A DNA stretch of 55,112 bases, counting the filler, from Basidiobolus ranarum (taxonomy: Eukaryota): NCBI GenBank assembly GCA_040143965.1. It is 5 parts of 5 records of this genome, joined end to end, with 100 filler letters (N's around TTAATTAATTAA, not from the genome) between each part and the next. Parts side by side here need not be neighbours in the genome. Positions count along the whole stretch, not along the records: positions 44,195 to 55,112 come from JASJQH010007530.1; 4 more parts are not named here. One strand, given 5' to 3'. The position numbers and the translations under genes were made by a program. The notes beneath the pieces were generated by a model. It saw nothing but the letters and a program-made list of their open reading frames with translations. It was not told the origin of the DNA and searched no databases. Within the stretch, counting starts at the first letter, position 1. Each line of letters opens with the position of its first letter. Positions 48,311-55,112 of the stretch are shown here, piece after piece.

Positions 48311-51300
48311 ATGTTTGAAGGAGTCGTCGCCAATGTCTTGAATAAAATCTTGGGCGATTATGTTGATAACTTAGAAACTTCGCAATTTAACGTTGGTGTA
48401 TGGAAAGGTATGTCTACCTCCTAGTTTATGACTCCAAAATCATTGGTGAACTTAGTTCTATTTTCTCTAGGTGACGTAAAACTGAGAAATTTGAAATTAA
48501 AGAGAGAAGCTCTGGATAAATTTCATTTACCTATAAATGTTATTGAAGGTTCGTGTCTATTTGGTTTTACTAAAGCTGTATCTGGTATCAATGATGCTCT
48601 GAACCCACAAATACTTATATTCAGGATTTGGTAGGCTATCTGGGGGAATTAACTTGTAAAATTCCATGGCACAATCTAAAGAGCCAACCGGTACGAGTGT
48701 ATATTAATAATGTATATCTCCTGGCTACACCCAAAGGGGAATCCGCATATAGCCAAGAGGAAGAGGAAAGGCGAGAACAGGCACTAAAACAGGAAAGACT
48801 AGAGACTATAGGGCTACTTCGCACTCAATCTAATAGTGGGCAAGGTATTGGTAAGCAGAGCATTATGTACACAGATCATGGTATTAAGCAGTATCTTTTA
48901 TTCAAGGGCAAGAAAACGTCAAGTCAACCTCGTTTGCAACCCAACTCGTCACTAAAATTGTTGATAACCTACAAGTCTCTATTAACAATATCCACATACG
49001 ATACGAAGACAAAATCAGCAACCCAGAGGTAAATCACTAGAAACAGTAGATTTTTGCCTGGTGTGGAGCTAACAGGAGCTTTATAATAATAATTCAGCAT
49101 CCATTTTCTGTGGGTTTTACTTTGCACGAGCTTTCAGCTACTTCTACAGACGAAAATTGGCAGGAAGCTTTCATTGATCAACAGACAAACACAATACACA
49201 AAGTAGACTATGCAGAAAATAATATTATTCCTTGCTAGTCTGATGTTAATCTATTTCATGCTTGCAGTTACTTAAACTAGGATCAATGGCTATCTACTGG
49301 AACACTGAGACTATTTCTTTAGCTGGCAAGTCTTACGAAGAGTTTGTAGAACAGTTCACACAAATGGTAGGGTCTTTATCGAAAAGTAGTATATTATGGA
49401 GATAGCTGTGGTAACATAATGTTGTAGATTTCAACCGATGCAAACAGGTTTGAAGGACATCAATTTATTCTTAAACCGGTTACAGGTGTGGGTCGTGTAA
49501 GTATCATCTCACAAGCTGGAGATTGCATATTTGGTCTAATTTTGCTTGTATGGGAATAGATTCGAGTAAACAAAAAATTCGGCGTAGATACTCCAAAGAT
49601 TGCTGCGGGATTGTTGTTTGAAGAATTCGGATTTGTTTTTGACGACGAGCAATACCGTGATATGCTGCTTCTGGCTAACCTATTCGAATATTCTATGCGA
49701 CAAAAAAAGGTTAAGGAGGTTCATGATAACTTTGCTGATAAGCTTGTATGTTTATACTTGTAATATAGTTTCACAAATACTGCCCTCCCCGACATATTGG
49801 CGTGAAAGACAATCCCAGAGCGTGGCTAGAATATGCTGGTATTGTTAGGATTATGCAATAGTTATTAATATTAGACTAAAACTCTCTGCTGACTCAATAA
49901 GGGAGATGTGTATATTCGGAAATCCATGAACGCAACCGTAGGTGGTCTTGGGAATATTTTGCTGAACGTCGCGACCAACGAAACGCGTACATTCCGCTAT
50001 TCGTTGATTCCCAATTGGGAAGATCAACACCTGAGGCACGCTAGTTAGAGATTTATATGAAAGTACAGCTTTCAATATCAGCGCTGACAATTGATCATAT
50101 ATATATATATAGAAAGAAGAGAAGCTGCCCAAGTTGGAGCAAATACTATCATTTGAAGATAGCCGATTTTATAGATCCTTAGCCCAGTCAAAACTCAAAA
50201 AGGAGAAAGCTCTCATTGGTTTGTTTTTTTTACGAAGTGACTTCCCTTTTGATAGTCTTCTAAATGAGAATGTTTACATAGCTAAGCAGAAAGAGCAGGG
50301 AAAGCCAGCTGGATGGCTTGGAGGATGGTTTAATGGCCGGGGTACAAATGTAAGCTTTGGCAACTCTACTTCTACTCAAAACCTCACTGACATTCGTCTT
50401 GTTGAATAAATGACTCAGAATCAAAATAGCTCCACATTTACCGAAGAACAGAAGCAAGAGCTATTTGACACGATAGATTTTGACGAGAGTCACCCCGATG
50501 AGGCTTTGGAAGCTCCTAAAGAGGTTGGGAATTTATGTCTTAGAGTAGTAAGAGATGTAAAAGCTTATTCTCTCTGATTTTACTAGTGTGTAGTTTTAGC
50601 CGTTACCACACAACTTAAGAGAGGTTCTCTCGCTCTTAAGCAAGGCCCTCATGGTACCAAAAACACCATTGCAGAGCTTGTTTTCGATACTGTTACTATG
50701 AAGTTTCTCAACAGGCACAATTCCTTCAAGACTGGACTCTCCCTGAATGGGTTGAATTTGTACGATGGGAATACTGAAGGAACTTTATATCCGCTACTGA
50801 TGCGTGTTCTAGATACAAGCGATAACGTGAATGATATTGATTCTAACGATAATACTACTACAGCGAAGTATGCAGTTGATTAAACCGTTGCTTTTATACC
50901 AAATACTGATATCTCATTTAGGGGTGAACAAGCTCTAGAGTTCTTAAGACTGCATCCTAATCCATTTTTTAGCCTTGATTTTGAGCACAACCCTTTGGAT
51001 AGCCACGCTGACGACACGCTAATGATGAAAATGCGAAATCTAGAAGTCATATATAACCCGTCCGTTATAGATGCTGTCACAAAATTCTTCAAACCGCCAG
51101 TCTCCTCTTTAGAAACAATGGTTGCGTTGATGGTAAATATCACCTGACTAAGTGTGTGGAGGCGGTGATTTTTAACTATATCCATGTTGTAGGAAGCGGC
51201 TGGGAGTACAATAGAAGGTCTAACTCAACAAACTAAAGCTGGTCTACAGTTCGCTTTGAAGGAACATACGACTATAGATATAAAGATTGATCTTAATGCT

Positions 51301-54300
51301 CCAATTTTCATATTCCCTGAAAAGTAAGATTTTAGAACATTCAATCCTTGAAATGTGTAAAAAGGCCTAGATTTATATATGTTATTTATTTTATCTAAAG
51401 CTGTAACGACAGTAATTCTCAAGTGCTTGTTCTCGACTCTGGCCATATCATGATAGAAAGTGAATTAGTCAGCAAAGAGCAGAAGATGGAGATGGAGGAA
51501 AGGATTAAAGGAAATCTTACAGATACGGATTTCCGAGCGCTTGAGAACCTAATGTATGATCGCTTCCTAGTTAACATGAACTCGGTTCAGGTAAGAGCGT
51601 AGATTTTGATGCTATTCTAGGTTTGAAATCTTATACTGGTTTCTTTGAACATGTTGCTAGCTCTTGGTTGGCCAGGATATTGAGACGTGTTTAGCAAGGT
51701 TAAAAGGCACAGATGATTCTGACCGAGATGACAGCCTGCATATAGTAGATCGTATCAATATGAAGTTTTGCGTAGATGTCTCTATTATCCCTCAGGTCTC
51801 GAGTATAACCGGGTTGAGAATATCCGGTGGTTTGCCTCTGCTTAAGATCAATATTTCGGACACAAAATACAAGGCTCTAATGAAGTTCATTGATCTCATA
51901 CTTGGTGATAGACATTCTGTAGATTCTCTTCCACGTCGAAAATCCTTTATCGGCACAAATTACTATCGTAATTATAATATATCCGAATTACTAGTAGACG
52001 AGGATGATTTTGATGATGAACAAAACGATAAAGAGGAGTTTTTTGACGCTAGAGACGACCAAGTATGTTGGTGATTGATGAATTCTACTCTGGAGTAATA
52101 ATAACGATTTCCTATTTAAATCTCTACAGGATGAAATCCCAAGCAATAGTAGAATGCCGATCGAACATAAATTGGTAGAGTTTGCGTTTAGCATCGATAA
52201 ACTAGAGGCATCTCTCCGCAAGGCTGGCAAGGAGATGAAAGAAATGACTCTGGCAAATATGCATCTTAATAGCTTTCATATTCAATTGGTGGAAAGGGAA
52301 TTCGACACGAAGTCTCTAGTTACCGTTCAATCTCTTACAGTTGAAGATATGATGAATCCAGGAGGGGGATTCGAGCATATGATTACTTCAGAAACAGAGG
52401 AACAAGACGATCGAACGGAGCTAGTTCGTATTCTCTACAACTCGACCAAGTCTCAATCTCCAGAATATATGTCCATACACGAAAAATTTGACCGAACCAT
52501 AGATATCTCCTTCTCTTCAGTCAATATAGTTATTACTAACAAGAGTATCCTGACTCTCTATGATTTCCTTCTCGCTACGTTTGTGTCACCCAAGGTGTCC
52601 AACTCTATATCAAGTAGTCCTATGGAGGTTGTCGATCAAGCTACATTCAATTCCACTCCAAAATACAAAACAATGAAAATCTTGGCCAAAATGAATAGTA
52701 TAAATTTCATTTTGAATGATAATGGGAGACGGTTATCTGCGATTTCCTTGCTTAAGGGGAATGCAACTGTAGTTCTGAGAAATGAGCACGTACTCATAGG
52801 CGCCAAACTGGGCAATATAAGCGTATCCAACTTTATGAATACTACAAGCGACGAAGCCTTTGAATACTTACTCACGATTCAAGGGGATGAACTGGCTGAT
52901 TTTAGATATGAAACGTTCACAGATAACGGAGATAATTGCTCAGTATATCTTCGTGTGGGTTCTGCCAAGTTACTGTTTTTGGAGGAGCCTCTATTGATTC
53001 TGATTAACTTCGCCAGCAAATTTGCGAAAATGCATGGTCTCTTCGAATCAGCTAGACTTGCTGCTGCTGAATCAGCTGCTCAGCTGCAAGAGCAGGTTCC
53101 TAAGCTGCATTTTGATATCGCCATTCGATCCCCGGTAATCGTTTACCCAACAAAACAAAGCAAACAGTGTACACTAACTGCCAATCTTGGAGAGATCTCA
53201 GCTTCTAATACCTTTTCTCTGAACACTGAGGCAGATAATACATTCTTGAACATCATTAAGCTAGAAATCAAGAATATACGACTGGTGTCAACCTATAGCT
53301 TGCTCGAAACTGCGGAATCGCCATCTCTGCAGATCATTGATAATGTAGACATCAAATTGAATGTCACGTATGGAGAGCATATCAGAGGATCCAAGCGTCC
53401 CAACACTCAGGTAATGTCATATATAGTTATTCAATGGTCATAGTATGTCACTTACATCGTTTCTTTCAGGCTGACGGTGAAATATCTCAAATCAAAATTG
53501 GATTGACTGAGAAGCAATACAGCCATATTTTGGAAGTCCTGGAAGCCGTTGCGTTAGTCTTTGGTAGAGGATATCTTGGAGATGATAACAACAGCTCGAC
53601 AACCATCTCAAGTAGAACCAGCCCCACAATGCTGCTTGCTGGGAAGAGTGTTGGGGAAATATGGACCTACTTCGAAGGAAATTTCACAATGAAGACCGTT
53701 TTCCTAGATATATTCACTGGCGATAGGATTCAATCTACAACCAGTCTTTGTCAATTTTCATTGAATGACATGAACCTTGATATCAGGCTATCATCTGACA
53801 ATTCAATGAAAACTGAAGTTCGGATTCACTCGTTTGTAGTCACAGATTCTCGACCAGATCCGGAGAACCAATTCAAGGAGATCCTACCAGCGGTAGCTCA
53901 GGGTGGACCCCAATTTGTACTGGTATATCGACAGCACCCTAACCTCAAAGCCGACGTATCGATTAATGTCGACAGTCCAAAAATCATTTTGGTCTTGGAC
54001 CAAATGTTCGCCATTAGAGATTTCTTCCTAAGCCCGTTCACTAATCGCATTGTACAGTCCACCTCTCAAGAATCTTCCGCACCCCGTCAGTATAGTAATC
54101 AAGATACATTCACGTACAACATTAGTGTTGTGAATGCTGAGATTATTCTACTGGCAGATTCCAAAAATGTCACTTCGGAAGCGCTCATATTTTCTGGTCG
54201 ACAGTTTGCTTTACGTCAGAGAAAAACCATGGAACTGTCAGTCAACCATGTCGGAGTTTTTTTATGCCGAATGGATCAAAGAGAAGAGAGCACTCTTCGT

Positions 54301-55112
54301 GTTGTGGATAACTTTGATCTGGCTGGCTCGGTGGAAGATCGTGATCTCTCTTCTACAACTCACTCGACGAGCATCAATGTGGAAGTTTTCCCTCTAATCA
54401 CACGCATATCCTATAGAGATTGTCTACTGTTTATGAATATTGTTGATAAGGCGATGAAACTATTAGATCACACCGATCAGAGCAATACTCTTCTTTCGAA
54501 CAGCAGATCACCGTCCATTACCGCATCTACCGTCAGCCATTCTACGTTGGACTCCGACTTGCCAGATATAGATGACTTGGATTTCGATGCTTTAGCACCA
54601 AATTTCCTGGAAAGTGATACGAAATCCAAAATGTTACAAGAAGACCTTCGGCTTGTCTTCAAGAATCTAGAGATCATCCTTGTCAATGATATGAATGACT
54701 TGCCATTTGTAGACTTCCAACTTACCAAGTGCGTGATCAATGCAGCCAATTGGTCTTCGAAGCTCCATTTAAAAGCGCAGGTTGCCTTACAGACCAACTT
54801 CTTGAATCTTAAAAACTCTCATTGGGAGCCACTAATTGAGCCATGGGAATTTGAGACGCAAGTAGCGGCATCCCAAAAACTAGCTACCGTAGAGTCTAAG
54901 AAGCATCTGGATGTCAATCTGTCCCATACGTTTCTCGAAGCAGCCCTTGACGTTGCGTCTCGTATAAGTGACCAGGTAGACCACACCTTCCCGACAGACC
55001 GAGGTACGGGGGTTCCTTACATCATGAAGAATCGAAGCGGAGAGGACCTATACGTATGGTGTGAGAGGGAGGATGAGGAGAAGAAACAAGCTGAGCTGAA
55101 AAAAGTGGAGAA
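48311..55112 (+). CDS. VPS13: Vacuolar protein sorting 13 (chorein-N bridge-like lipid transfer protein), 5' part, multi-exon, runs off the window
   Basis: MFEGVVANVLNKILGDYVDNL..QFNVGVWKG|DVKLRNLKLKREALDK...IPWHNLKSQPV; VDNLQVSINNIHIRYED; LSFEDSRFYRSLA; EEFFDA FFAT-like motif; SHWEPLIEPW; PYIMKNRSG. Confidence 0.97.

Overview
This is intron-rich eukaryotic DNA, most consistent with an early-diverging fungus (Basidiobolus-like is an inference from protein style and short introns, not a lookup). The window is not one locus. It is five contigs of 10970, 10957, 10947, 10920 and 10918 bp, sorted by length and joined by an artificial N44-TTAATTAATTAA-N44 linker, so adjacency across gaps is meaningless. 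Recognisable genes include: DnaJ (Hlj1/DNAJB12-like), PXA-RGS-PX sorting nexin (Mdm1-like), class IV aminotransferase (Abz2/PabC-like), HEN1 methyltransferase, a DCAF8-like WD40 fragment, an intronless HAD hydrolase, a PPPDE-thioredoxin-PUL protein, a Pcl/Pho80 cyclin, mitoribosomal mS35, SIP5, a SAS10 fragment, an HSF-family factor, CCP1, PDCD5, RPS11, DUF2015, LYRM2-like, a BC-box LRR protein and the 5' part of VPS13. The most unusual items are: (1) an intronless protein with a duplicated helical N-domain and 19 FUS/resilin-like G/Q/S/N/Y repeats in a higher-order array; (2) a 50-aa secreted micropeptide missed by the ORF track, whose TATA box is flanked by inverted TGACTCG sites; (3) two CpG-free tracts of about 600 bp at contig starts, one over a decaying gene; (4) three probable GC-AG introns; (5) a roughly 25-intron coiled-coil gene with transverse-filament-like architecture. 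No rRNA, tRNA, CRISPR array or intact mobile element is supported.
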